Assembly: GCA_040509755.1 (NCBI GenBank)
Contig: JBEVKF010000098.1
Location: 19,081-83,080 of the forward strand
Direction of reading: 5' to 3'
Length of the DNA stretch: 64,000 bases
Source of the DNA: Thermoleophilaceae bacterium
GTDB lineage: Bacteria; Actinomycetota; Thermoleophilia; Solirubrobacterales; Thermoleophilaceae
Of this stretch, positions 1 to 10,777 are shown piece by piece (position 1 is the first letter of the stretch; every line of letters begins with the position of its first letter). The translations under genes were made by a program, and so were the position numbers. Below the pieces are notes generated by a model. The model was not told the DNA's origin. It saw only the letters and a program-made list of their open reading frames with translations, and ran no database searches.

Positions 1-229
1 CGACGCTCTCGGCGGCGTGGCCGGCCCGGCCCACCTCTCCGGAAAGCGCCATCGAGAAGCACCCGGCGTGGGCGCCCGCGATCAGCTCCTCGGGATTCGT
101 GCCTTCGCCTTCCTCGAAGCGCGACTCGAAGGAATAGGGCCCTTCGAACGACCCGGTTGCGAGCCGCATCGTGCCGTGTCCGTCCTGCAACGACCCGTCC
201 CAGCGCGCGTCGGCCTTCCGCTTTGGCAT
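1..229 (-). CDS. OsmC family peroxiredoxin (N-terminal part; the gene runs off the left edge of the window)
   Basis: Own translation of the minus strand from ATG (227-229): MPKRKADARWDGSLQDGHGTMRLATGSFEGPYSFESRFEEGEGTNPEELIAGAHAGCFSMAL..., a typical OsmC/Ohr N-terminus. GGAGG lies about 9 nt upstream. Confidence 0.75.
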   Translation of the reverse strand, partial: MPKRKADARWDGSLQDGHGTMRLATGSFEGPYSFESRFEEGEGTNPEELIAGAHAGCFSMALSGEVGRAGHAAESV

Positions 230-375
230 CTCTCGTTACCTCCGTGTAGGGGTGTCAAACCGGAAGCTACCCGGCGGCGCGCGAAGCTTGCCCACTTCTG
301 GCGCGCTGGGGCCCGTAAGGCCGCCTGACCAGTCGCTAAACTCCTTCCTTACCCAACGTAAGTAGGTGACGCAAA

Positions 376-2667
<2,292 letters not shown>

Positions 2668-2704
2668 GCATGTGACGGGATTGGTCGCCGGGCGTATAGG
2701 AGAC

Positions 2705-3112
2705 ATGCGCCCGGCGGCCATCATCGTCTGTGGCCTCTTTCTCGCCGCCTGCGGCTCGGACGCCGAGCAGGACGGCGGCGGGCAGACAACGCCCGGCCCC
2801 GAGGGCGCGAGCCTGACCGTGACGCTGCGCCCCGAGGGCAAGGACGGGCCCACCCGTGTGCGGCGCATCGAGTGCGTGCGGCTCGGCGAGGGGTCGGCGC
2901 TCTGCCGGCGCCTCGAGGGGCTCACGCGTGCCCGGCTCGCGCCGGTCCCGGCGGCGACGGCATGTGCGGAGCTCTATGGCGGCCCGGCCACCGCGCGAGT
3001 GAGCGGCGAGCTGCGCGGCGAGAAGGTGGATGCCCGCTTCGACCGCGTGAACGGCTGCGAGATCAACCGCTGGGACGAGAACCGCGCGCTGCTCGGACGC
3101 GCCTCCTTGTGA
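2705..3112 (+). CDS. Lipoprotein with a subtilisin-inhibitor-like (SSI) domain
   Basis: ATG at 2705 preceded by GGAG. Signal peptide plus lipobox MRPAAIIVCGLFLAAC. The mature part shows the SSI-like four-Cys pattern (LTVTL...IEC...ALC...PVP..ACAELYGGP.TA.V.G..RG.KVDA.F.R.NGCEI.RW). Confidence 0.5.
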   Translation: MRPAAIIVCGLFLAACGSDAEQDGGGQTTPGPEGASLTVTLRPEGKDGPTRVRRIECVRLGEGSALCRRLEGLTRARLAPVPAATACAELYGGPATARVSGELRGEKVDARFDRVNGCEINRWDENRALLGRASL

Positions 3113-3121
3113 CCGCGGCGG

Positions 3122-3868
3122 TCAGGTGCTCTTGGTGAGCCCGCCGTCCACGGCCAGCGCCTGTCCGGTGATATATCCGGCCTCCGTCGAGCACAGGAAG
3201 GCGGCCGCCGCGGCGATTTCCTCCGGCCGGCCGAGGCGCTTCGCCGGCACCTCCTCGCGGGCGACCTCCTCCGCTGCGTCCAGCGAGCCGTAGAGGCTCT
3301 CCAGGCGGTCGGTGGCGATCCGGCCGGGCAGGATCGTGTTGAGCGTCACCCCGTCCGCCGCCAGCTTGCCGGCGAGCGTCCTGAAGGTGGCGAGCATGCC
3401 GCTGCGATGAGCGCTCGAGAGCATCAGGCCGGGGATCGGCTCGCGCGCGGCGGTGGAGGAGATGTTGAGGATCCGGCCGAACCCGCGCTCGCGCATGCCT
3501 GGCAGCGCCCCCTCGATCAGTGCCATCGGGCCGAGCATCAGCTCGCGGTGGGCGTCCTGCCACTGCTCGCGGGTGAACTCGAGCGGGTCGCCGCCCGGCG
3601 GGCCGCCGGTGTTGGTCACGAGGACAGCCAGCGGCCCCAGCTCCTCCTCGATCCTGTCAACGAGAGCCGGGGCGGAGTCCAGATCGCTGGTGTCGTGCAC
3701 GTAGGCGCGCGCGCCGATCCTCTCCGCGGCGGCCTCGATCCGCTCCTGGGAGCGCGAGCTGACGGCCACCTGCGCACCCTCGTCCGCGAGCGCCTGGGCG
3801 ACCGCGAACCCGATCCCCTGCGATGCGCCGGTGACCAGCGCCACCTTTCCGCTCACGCCGAGATCCAT
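3122..3868 (-). CDS. Short-chain dehydrogenase/reductase (SDR family oxidoreductase)
   Basis: Internal ATG at 3868 of the 3122..4147 ORF gives MDLGVSGKVALVTGASQGIGFA... (TGxxxGIG Rossmann motif), NTGG, and a C-terminal ...YITGQALAVDGG. The upstream 93 codons are Arg/Gly/Ala-rich and probably not coding. Confidence 0.85.
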   Translation of the reverse strand: MDLGVSGKVALVTGASQGIGFAVAQALADEGAQVAVSSRSQERIEAAAERIGARAYVHDTSDLDSAPALVDRIEEELGPLAVLVTNTGGPPGGDPLEFTREQWQDAHRELMLGPMALIEGALPGMRERGFGRILNISSTAAREPIPGLMLSSAHRSGMLATFRTLAGKLAADGVTLNTILPGRIATDRLESLYGSLDAAEEVAREEVPAKRLGRPEEIAAAAAFLCSTEAGYITGQALAVDGGLTKST

Positions 3869-3908
3869 GTCCGGCAGCCTACCCGGGGCCGGGTGTAGGC
3901 TCGCCTGG

Positions 3909-4154
3909 ATGCCGCTCCGCCTGCTGGCTCGCGCAGCACCGCTGGTCCTCGGCGCCGTCGCTGCGGCGATCTGGCTGCGCAGACGGCGACCGCAGCGCCC
4001 TGCGCTTCCCGCCACGGCATCGCCCCTGCCGCCACCTGAGCCCGCTCCGCCCCCTGTCCCCAAGCGGCCGAGCACGCGCTTCGTTCGCGCCTCCGAGAGC
4101 GGTCCGGTGGACATCGTCACGGTCGTCGACGACCTGCTCGGCGCCACTCAATAG
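3909..4154 (+). CDS. Hypothetical small single-pass membrane protein (Pro-rich middle)
   Basis: ATG at 3909 within ORF 3831..4154: MPLRLLARAAPLVLGAVAAAIWLRRRR... followed by a PPPEPAPPPVP linker. Third-position GC is mostly high. I recognise no homology. Confidence 0.3.
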   Translation: MPLRLLARAAPLVLGAVAAAIWLRRRRPQRPALPATASPLPPPEPAPPPVPKRPSTRFVRASESGPVDIVTVVDDLLGATQ

Positions 4155-4206
4155 GCCGTCGCCGCGCCCAAAGCGGTGGTTTCAGACCCGATCTGCTTGG
4201 ATAACA

Positions 4207-4392
4207 CCCTTAAGTCGAGAACTTGCCGAGTCTCCGCCGTCCCGAATGGCGGAGAACGGGGGACCCATTGGAGCCGGATCGCGCGCCGTCGCGAACGGAA
4301 CGGCTCCTGGGGCGAATCGCAGCCACACGCCGCGTAGCGCCACTTTCCGGCGCGAGCCCGTCAGCTCACCTCGTAGGCATTGGAAAGGGGAA
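4207..4392 (+). promoter_or_regulatory. ydaO/yuaA-type cyclic-di-AMP riboswitch in the 5' leader of the Rpf-like gene
   Basis: Pseudo-two-fold architecture seen directly. Hairpin CTCCGCC/GGCGGAG is followed by ACGGGGGACCCA. Hairpin GGAGCCG/CGGCTCC is followed by TGGGGCGAATC. The 3' segment GAGCCCGTCAGCTCACCTCGTAGGC runs into a GGAAAGGGG SD-like sequence. These match the conserved blocks of RF00379 as I remember them. Confidence 0.8.
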
Positions 4393-4400
4393 CAAGGCTT

Positions 4401-5015
4401 TTGCAGCCCGTTGTCAATGTCGTGCGCCGGCGAATCAGGCTTCGCATCCGGCCGAGCCGGGTGCTTGCGCCCGGCACAATGGTGGTCCTGATTGCCCTGG
4501 CAGTTGCCGGAACCACAGCGCCCGCTTCCGCGGACCGCGTGGCCGCTTCCGCGGCCGCGAGCGACGAGATGGTCAAGCGCGGCGACCGCGGTAACACCGT
4601 GAAGCAGATCCAGGCCGCACTCGGCATCCCTGCCGACGGCGTTTTCGGCCCCCAGACCCACCGAGCCGTCAAGCGCTTCCAGCGCAAGAAGGGGCTCATG
4701 GTCGACGGCGTGGTGGGACCGCAGACCCGCGCCGCGCTCGGGCTGAGGGCATCGCGCCGGCGCTCGGTTGGTGGGTCGAGCGACGTGCAGCTGCCGCGCA
4801 TCCTGCGCCTGATTGCCGAGTGCGAGTCCGGAAGCAACCCGACGGCCGTGTCGCCGGGAGGCACCTACCGCGGCAAGTTCCAGTTCAGCCTCGGCACCTG
4901 GCGCGCGCTCGGCGGCAAGGGCGACCCCGCCGATGCGCCGGAGGCCGTTCAGGACCGCGTTGCCCTGAAGCTCTACCGGCGGGCCGGTACGTCGCCCTGG
5001 CCGAGCTGCCCGTAG
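4401..5015 (+). CDS. Secreted resuscitation-promoting-factor-like muralytic protein (PG_binding_1 + Rpf/transglycosylase-like domain)
   Basis: ORF 4380..5015. The likely start is TTG 4401, about 9 nt after AAAGGGG. Arg-rich n-region plus hydrophobic signal (RRRIRLRIR...VVLIALAVAGTTAPASA). PG-binding repeat GDRGNTVKQIQAALGIPADGVFGPQTHRAVKRFQ. Rpf core IAECESGSNP...YRGKFQFSLGTWRALGG...PWPSC. Confidence 0.85.
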   Translation: MQPVVNVVRRRIRLRIRPSRVLAPGTMVVLIALAVAGTTAPASADRVAASAAASDEMVKRGDRGNTVKQIQAALGIPADGVFGPQTHRAVKRFQRKKGLMVDGVVGPQTRAALGLRASRRRSVGGSSDVQLPRILRLIAECESGSNPTAVSPGGTYRGKFQFSLGTWRALGGKGDPADAPEAVQDRVALKLYRRAGTSPWPSCP

Positions 5016-5018
5016 AGG

Positions 5019-6176
5019 TCAGGGCGCTGCGGGAGAGTGGGCGGGGGCGTTTCGCCCCAGTGAGATAACGCCGATCAGCGTGACCGCGCAGATCGCGCCC
5101 AACATGCCATAGGGAACCGCGTCCGCGGTCGCATCCGCGATCGCGCCGCCCGCTGAGCTCCCCACCACGTGTCCCATCGCCCAGGCGAGGTTGGATATCG
5201 AGAAGGCGAACGCCAGGTCCAGACCGGCGTCCTCGGAGGCGTCGGATAGCCACGCCAGCGCCGGCGCCCAAAACGCGCCGAGCGCGGCGAAGGTCAAGAG
5301 GATGGCCATCCCGAGCAGCAAGGCGTTGTTGGGCAGCGGCAGCAACGCCGACATCACGATCGCGCCGAGGAGGCCGAACCGGATCGGGGCGAGCCGCCCG
5401 CGGCGATCCGAGACGCGGCCGGCGATTGGGCTCAGCACGCCCTCCACCGCGGCCGTGACCAGGAAGATCGCGCCGATCGCGGCGCCAGTCGCGCCGAGTT
5501 CGTCGAGCCGCAGCGGGGCGAGGACCTCGATCACGCCGCTCAACAGGGCGGGAACGGTGAAGAGCCAGAACCCGATGAGCACGTCGCGCCGGCGAAGCGC
5601 CCCCATCAGCGCGGCCAGGCCCGAGCTGGGCTCGGGCACCACGCCGGGGGTGCGCCAGGCCCAAGCAGCAAGGCCCGCGGCCACCACCGACACCCCGGTG
5701 AAGACCACCTCGGGCCCGACGACGGTGGCCGCACCGCCGAGGACGGGCCCCAAGAGCACGCCGACGATCGCCGCGGCGAGCGCCGAGCCGATCAGCTCGC
5801 CGCGCCGGTCCGCGGGCGCGGCTGACAGGAGCCAGGTCATGCCGGCCGCCCACATGAAGGCGCCGCCTATGCCCTGGACGAAGCGCGCCGCGTCGAGTAC
5901 CACGATGTGATTTGCGAAGCCAAACGCGAGGCTCGTGACGCCGAGCAGGCCGAGCCCGACGAGCAGGGTCGGCTTCACGCCCCAGCGCGCCGCGAGCCAG
6001 CCGCCCGGGAGCGCGCCGGCGAACGTTCCTGCCGGATACGCCGCCGTGAGCACTCCAGCGCCGGTCTTGGAGAGGTCGAGCTCGTCCGAGTAGAAGGGCA
6101 GGAGCGGCGCGACGGCGGCGAAGAACATCGTGTCCACCAGCACCACCGCCGAGACCAGCAAGAACAGGCGGCGCAT
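5019..6176 (-). CDS. MFS transporter
   Basis: ORF 5019..6209, with internal ATG at 6176 (MRRLFLLVSAVVLVDTMFFAAVAPLLP...). About 12 hydrophobic segments with MFS-like loops. Confidence 0.85.
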   Translation of the reverse strand: MRRLFLLVSAVVLVDTMFFAAVAPLLPFYSDELDLSKTGAGVLTAAYPAGTFAGALPGGWLAARWGVKPTLLVGLGLLGVTSLAFGFANHIVVLDAARFVQGIGGAFMWAAGMTWLLSAAPADRRGELIGSALAAAIVGVLLGPVLGGAATVVGPEVVFTGVSVVAAGLAAWAWRTPGVVPEPSSGLAALMGALRRRDVLIGFWLFTVPALLSGVIEVLAPLRLDELGATGAAIGAIFLVTAAVEGVLSPIAGRVSDRRGRLAPIRFGLLGAIVMSALLPLPNNALLLGMAILLTFAALGAFWAPALAWLSDASEDAGLDLAFAFSISNLAWAMGHVVGSSAGGAIADATADAVPYGMLGAICAVTLIGVISLGRNAPAHSPAAP

Positions 6177-6184
6177 GGGCGTCG

Positions 6185-7531
6185 ATGCTACGCGAGGGGC
6201 ATACTGCACTGGCCTTGCCCGACCTTCGCCAAGAGCTCGAGGAGTGGCTGCGAATCCCGTCGGTTTCGACCGGGGGCGGTGACGCCGCGGCGCTGGAGCG
6301 CGCCTGCGGCTGGGTCTGCGAGCGGATCGACGCGGCCGGCGGCAGCGCCGAGGCGGTCACGATCGACGGCGGCCATCCGATGGCCGTCGGCGAGCTGCGC
6401 TGCTCGCGCCCCGGCGCGCCCACGGTCCTCGCATACGGCCACTACGACGTTCAGGCCGCCGGCCCGGAGGACGACTGGGACAGCCCGCCGTTCGAGCCCA
6501 CAGAACGCGATGGACGCCTCTACGCGCGCGGCGCCGCCGACGACAAGGGCAACTTCCTGCCGCTCCTCCACGTGGCCTGCGAGCTTGCCAGGGCGGGCGA
6601 GCTGGGGCTGAACGTGCGCTTCCTCATCGAGGGCGAGGAGGAGGTCGGCAGCGGCTCGGTGCTCAAGCGACTTCATGCGGGCGAGGACCAGGCCGACTGC
6701 GCGGTTGTCTTCGACTCGATGATGGTCGACGAAGGCACGCCCGCGATCACCTTCGCCGCTCGCGGGATGGTCAAGGCCGGGGTCGAGGTGCGCGTGGCCG
6801 AGCGCGATCTGCACTCAGGGGTCTACGGCGGCGCGGTGCTGAACGCCGGCCATGTGCTCCTGCGCATGCTCGCCGAGGTCGCGCCGGACTCGGAGGGCCG
6901 CGTGCGGCCCGAGCTGAGCGCGGGGGTGGTGGCGCCCGCCGAGCCTGAGCGCGAGGGGTGGGAGGCACTGCCGCCCGGCGACGAGTTGATCGCCGCCGTG
7001 GGCGCGCACCCCGTGGCGGCGGGCGCCGGGCGCGAGTTCTACGACCGCACGGGCGCCGAGACGGCGGCGGACGTGAACATGGTGAGCTTTGGCGAGCCGC
7101 GGACGGTCGTGCCGGCGCTGGCGCGGGGCCACGTGAGCGTGCGCCTCGCGCCGGGCCAGCGAGCGAGCGAGATCGGCGGCGTGCTCGAGCGGCTGCTGCG
7201 CGAGGCCGCGCCGCCGGGCGCCGAGGTGTCGATCGACATGGAGCTGGCGGACCCGGCGCTCTTCGACACCGGCCATCCGGCTCTGCGGCTCGGCGCGGAG
7301 GCGATCGGGCGGGCCTGCGGGCGACCCCCGGCGTTCGTTCGCATGGGAGGCACCCTGCCGCTGCTCGCCGTGCTGGCCGAGCGCGAGATAGCGACGATCG
7401 TCAGCGGCTTCGCTCTGCCCGCCGATGCCTTTCATGCGCCCAACGAGAGCTACCGGCTGGAGAGCCTGCGCCTGGGCGAGGCAGCCGCCGGCGAGCTCTA
7501 TCGAGAGCTGGTCCGGCTTCCCACGGGCTGA
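6185..7531 (+). CDS. M20 family dipeptidase / metallohydrolase
   Basis: 448-aa ORF: LRIPSVS, YGHYDVQ, ARGAADDKGN, EGEEEVGS and C-terminal HAPNE motifs, as in M20 dipeptidases. Confidence 0.85.
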   Translation: MLREGHTALALPDLRQELEEWLRIPSVSTGGGDAAALERACGWVCERIDAAGGSAEAVTIDGGHPMAVGELRCSRPGAPTVLAYGHYDVQAAGPEDDWDSPPFEPTERDGRLYARGAADDKGNFLPLLHVACELARAGELGLNVRFLIEGEEEVGSGSVLKRLHAGEDQADCAVVFDSMMVDEGTPAITFAARGMVKAGVEVRVAERDLHSGVYGGAVLNAGHVLLRMLAEVAPDSEGRVRPELSAGVVAPAEPEREGWEALPPGDELIAAVGAHPVAAGAGREFYDRTGAETAADVNMVSFGEPRTVVPALARGHVSVRLAPGQRASEIGGVLERLLREAAPPGAEVSIDMELADPALFDTGHPALRLGAEAIGRACGRPPAFVRMGGTLPLLAVLAEREIATIVSGFALPADAFHAPNESYRLESLRLGEAAAGELYRELVRLPTG

Positions 7532-7535
7532 ACCG

Positions 7536-7928
7536 TCAGTTGCTTGTCGCGCGCGGCGCGTAGCGGTGGTGGAGCATCAGCGCGTTGCCGTCCGGATCCT
7601 GGAAGAAGGCGTTGTGGCAGACGCCGCTGTCGAACGCATGTATGAACGAGACGCCCCGTGACTCGAGCTCGGCGCGCGCGGCCTCCATGTCCTTCACCTG
7701 CAGGGCGATCGGAAACGCGTGCGGGTGAAACTCGCGGCCGATCGCGTCCGAGTCGATCAGCTGGAGGGTGAGGTTGCCGGTCTCGAATTCTGCTCCGGGC
7801 ACCCTGTCGTACTCGACTGTGCATGGGAGCCCCAGCACCGTGCCGTAGAACTCCACGGCTGCGGCGAAGTTCCTGGTCGGTATGCAGATGAAGTCGGTTC
7901 CCGTGACGATCGATGTCTGCGTATTCAT
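7536..7928 (-). CDS. VOC (glyoxalase/bleomycin-resistance/dioxygenase) family protein
   Basis: ATG at 7928 (MNTQTSIVTGTDFICIPTRNFAAAVEFYGTVLGL...FFQDPDGNALML). The start overlaps the stop of the upstream VOC gene in an ATGA. Confidence 0.8.
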   Translation of the reverse strand: MNTQTSIVTGTDFICIPTRNFAAAVEFYGTVLGLPCTVEYDRVPGAEFETGNLTLQLIDSDAIGREFHPHAFPIALQVKDMEAARAELESRGVSFIHAFDSGVCHNAFFQDPDGNALMLHHRYAPRATSN

Positions 7929-8329
7929 TCCTGGTCCTTTGTCTTGGCTTGGACGGGTAGCTCCTGGACGGCCCAATCGTTGCCGTCCGGATCACTGAAG
8001 AAGGCGAACTTGAAACCGGGCCTGCCCTCGCGGCCGAGTTCCTGGATCTCGCTCACCGACACCCCGCGGCCGACGAGCTCCGCGCGCGCGGCCTCCATGT
8101 CGGTGACCACCAGCTGGAGGCCCCCCATGGCACCCGGTTCCATCTTCGCGAGCCCGGTCCCGATCGCGATCGAGCACGCCGAGCCAGGAGGCGTCAGCTG
8201 GACGACCCGAAGGTCGTCGCTTACGTGCTCGTCGTGGTCCACGTGGAAGCCGGCCTGGTCAGCATAGAAGGCCTTCGCACGATCCACATCTGAGACCGGC
8301 ACCACGACCACCTCCAGCCTAAAATCCAC
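7925..8329 (-). CDS. VOC (glyoxalase) family protein
   Basis: C-terminal 134 codons of ORF 7925..8830. GTG at 8329 is preceded by AAGGG. Sequence VDFRLEVVVVPVSDVDRAKAFYADQAGF...FFSDPDGNDWAVQE. The upstream part of the ORF is Arg/Pro-rich noise. Confidence 0.75.
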   Translation of the reverse strand: MDFRLEVVVVPVSDVDRAKAFYADQAGFHVDHDEHVSDDLRVVQLTPPGSACSIAIGTGLAKMEPGAMGGLQLVVTDMEAARAELVGRGVSVSEIQELGREGRPGFKFAFFSDPDGNDWAVQELPVQAKTKDQE

Positions 8330-8340
8330 GGGTCTGACCC

Positions 8341-8964
8341 TTAGCAATTCTCGCGGCGGCGCAGGTGGTGGATCCTGCTGCGCTCCGACCGCGAGCTCCC
8401 GGTTGTTCGCACCTTCCACCCGGCTGCGGCCGCTTCGAGGAAGTCCTCGGCGATCGCGCGCTGGGGATCGGCGATCAGCACCTCGCCGGTGACGTCCACC
8501 AGCTGTGGCAGCAGGCCGAGCAGGAGCTTCACGTTGCGGCGCTCGTAGAGGACGTCCGAGGCGATCACGAAGCGCCACGGGCCGCGCTTCACGATCGAAG
8601 CGGGGCGATCCCAGGCGACGACCGCGGTCTCGATCCGCACCGAGTTGCGCTGGGCGTTCTCGGCGGTGGCCGCCACGGCGTCGGGTGACCAGTCGGTCGC
8701 AAGGACGCGGCCGCCGGCCAGGGCTGCGGCGATGCTCGGCAGCCCCAGACCGCAGCCGAGCTCGAGCACGCGCGCGCCGCGCAGGGAGCGTCTGGCCACG
8801 TCGTGGGCGAGCGCGAGCGAGCTCGACCACAGCTCGGCCCAGTACGGCATGAACTCCTCATCCTCGAAGCGCTCCTCGGTGAGCAAGGCCTCCGCGTCAC
8901 GCGGCCGCGCCAGCGCGATCTCGCCCACGGGCAGCGCGATGCGCTCCTCGACGGTGTCGATCAT
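8341..8964 (-). CDS. Class I SAM-dependent methyltransferase (Methyltransf_16 / protein-lysine-MT-like)
   Basis: ATG at 8964 (MIDTVEERIALPVGEI...). Motif I VLELGCGLGLPSIAAALAG, then ATDWSP and IASDVLYE. ATGA overlap with the pepF stop. Confidence 0.75.
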   Translation of the reverse strand: MIDTVEERIALPVGEIALARPRDAEALLTEERFEDEEFMPYWAELWSSSLALAHDVARRSLRGARVLELGCGLGLPSIAAALAGGRVLATDWSPDAVAATAENAQRNSVRIETAVVAWDRPASIVKRGPWRFVIASDVLYERRNVKLLLGLLPQLVDVTGEVLIADPQRAIAEDFLEAAAAGWKVRTTGSSRSERSRIHHLRRRENC

Positions 8965-10766
8965 CGACCCCGGGGGGCCTCCTCGGCGGCGCGCTCCGCG
9001 GCCTCCAGCTGGCGTTCGATCAGGTCGAGGCCCGAGCTCCAGAAGCCGGGGTCGGCCAGGTCGACTCCCACGATCTTCCCGAGCTGCTCCGGCGGGCGCG
9101 AGCCGCCGGCGCGCAGCAGCTCGAGATACGAGGAGACAAAGTCCTCGCCCTCCTCCTCGTAGCGGCGGTAGACCGACAGCGCCAACAGGTGCCCGTAGGC
9201 GTAGGCGTAGACATAGCCGGGGGTGTCGACGAAGTGCGGGACGTAGGACCACCAGATCCCGTAGTCGGCGTCGAGCTCTACCGAGTCGCCGAGCAGGTCG
9301 CCCTGGGTCGCGAGCCAGAGCTCGGCGAAGCGCTCGGGGGCGAGCTCGCCGCTCTCGCGCCGCGCGGTGTGGATCGCGTGCTCGAAGCGGTTCATCGCGA
9401 TCTGCCGAAACACCGCAGCCACCGCGCCATCGAGTGAGCCGGCGAGCAGGGAGAGGCGTTCCTCCGCGCCGCCGGCGCGCTCGAGCAGCCGCTCCAGCAC
9501 GATCGTCTCACCGAAGATCGACGCGGTCTCGGCCATGGTCAGCGGCGTCGTGAACTGGAAGATCCCCTGGGGGCGCGCCAGCGAAGCGTGGACGCCATGA
9601 CCCAGCTCATGAGCCATCGTGAGGACGTCGTAGGGACGCGACGTGTAGTTGAGCATCACGTAGGGGTGGCGCGAGGGGACCGTGTAGGAGCAGAACGCGC
9701 CGCCGCGCTTGCCGGGACGCGGCGGACCGTCGATGAAGCCGCTCGCAAAGAACTCGCCCGCGACCTCGCCGAGCTCGCCGGAGAAGGTCGAGTAGCAGTC
9801 GAGGACCATGGCTCGCGCATCGTCGTAGGGGATGTGCTCCTCGGTCTCGCTCACCGGGGCCATGCGGTCCCAGTAGGCGAGCTTGTCGAGCCCCAGCAGA
9901 CGAGCCTTGAGCTGATACCACCGCCGGGCCAGCCCGTAGCGGCCGACCACCGCCTCGACCAGCGCCTCGACCGACTCGTCGCCCGCCTCGTTGGCGAGGT
10001 TGCGTGCCGCAAGCCAATGCGGGTAGTCGCGCAGGCGGTCCTTGGTCGCCTTGTCGCCGAGCAGGGTGTTGAACACGTAGGCGCGGGTGCGCAGCCCCGG
10101 CCGCAGCGCCTCGGTGATGGCCGTAGCCGCTCGCTCGCGCACGCCCCGGTCTGAGTCCTGCATGCGGCTGAGGGCCTCCTCGAGCGAGATCGCCTCGGCC
10201 GCGTCGGGCAGGCTCACCTCGACCGACGAGATCTGCTCGGTGAAGAGCCGCCGGAACGCTGAGGCGCCGGTCACATCGAGCTCGGTTGCGACGCGCTCCT
10301 CGGGCTCGGTGAGCTGGTGCGGCCGGTAGCGGCGCAGCGTGCGCAGGTGGTGGCGGCAGAAGTCGAGCCCGTCGGCAGCCAACAGCTCCTCCGCCGGCTC
10401 CTCCGGCAGCAGGTTCCACTCGAGCTCGAAGAACAGCAGCTGCGTCTCGATGGCCGCCCCGAGCTCGCGCGCCTTCTGGATCAGGGCGCCCCTCGGCGGG
10501 TCGGTCGTGTCGAGCGTGAAGTGGAGCATCGCGTAGGAGCCCGCCCGCCCGGCCAGGTCGAAGATCGCGGCGAGCTCGCGCATGGCGTCGGCGAGGCCGG
10601 CGGCGTCGAGCTCGTCGACTCGCCCGCGGTGGCGCTCGGCGAACTTCGCCGCGCGCTCGCGCGCCTCGTTCAACAGCTCCTCGACGCCCTCCGGCCCACG
10701 GCCGTCGACGAGAGGGTCGAGGTTCCAGGTAGCTTCCTGCAGTGCGGGGTCGGCGGTTGCGCTCAT
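8961..10766 (-). CDS. pepF: M3B oligoendopeptidase F
   Basis: 601-aa ORF with the zinc motif HELGHGVH and PepF-like length and architecture. Confidence 0.9.
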   Translation of the reverse strand: MSATADPALQEATWNLDPLVDGRGPEGVEELLNEARERAAKFAERHRGRVDELDAAGLADAMRELAAIFDLAGRAGSYAMLHFTLDTTDPPRGALIQKARELGAAIETQLLFFELEWNLLPEEPAEELLAADGLDFCRHHLRTLRRYRPHQLTEPEERVATELDVTGASAFRRLFTEQISSVEVSLPDAAEAISLEEALSRMQDSDRGVRERAATAITEALRPGLRTRAYVFNTLLGDKATKDRLRDYPHWLAARNLANEAGDESVEALVEAVVGRYGLARRWYQLKARLLGLDKLAYWDRMAPVSETEEHIPYDDARAMVLDCYSTFSGELGEVAGEFFASGFIDGPPRPGKRGGAFCSYTVPSRHPYVMLNYTSRPYDVLTMAHELGHGVHASLARPQGIFQFTTPLTMAETASIFGETIVLERLLERAGGAEERLSLLAGSLDGAVAAVFRQIAMNRFEHAIHTARRESGELAPERFAELWLATQGDLLGDSVELDADYGIWWSYVPHFVDTPGYVYAYAYGHLLALSVYRRYEEEGEDFVSSYLELLRAGGSRPPEQLGKIVGVDLADPGFWSSGLDLIERQLEAAERAAEEAPRGR

Positions 10767-10777
10767 TCGCCCTGAGG

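Noticed and set aside
230-375. Heat-shock operator (CIRCE or HAIR) in the osmC-lon divergent spacer
   Set aside because: Neither TTAGCACTC-N9-GAGTGCTAA nor CTTGAGT-N7-ACTCAAG is present. There is only an imperfect GCGCGCGAAG...CTTCTGGCGCGC inverted repeat of unknown meaning.
8645-9553. 302-aa plus-strand Arg/Ser/Pro-rich ORF
   Set aside because: It is antisense to the methyltransferase and pepF. The composition is typical of an off-frame high-GC translation.
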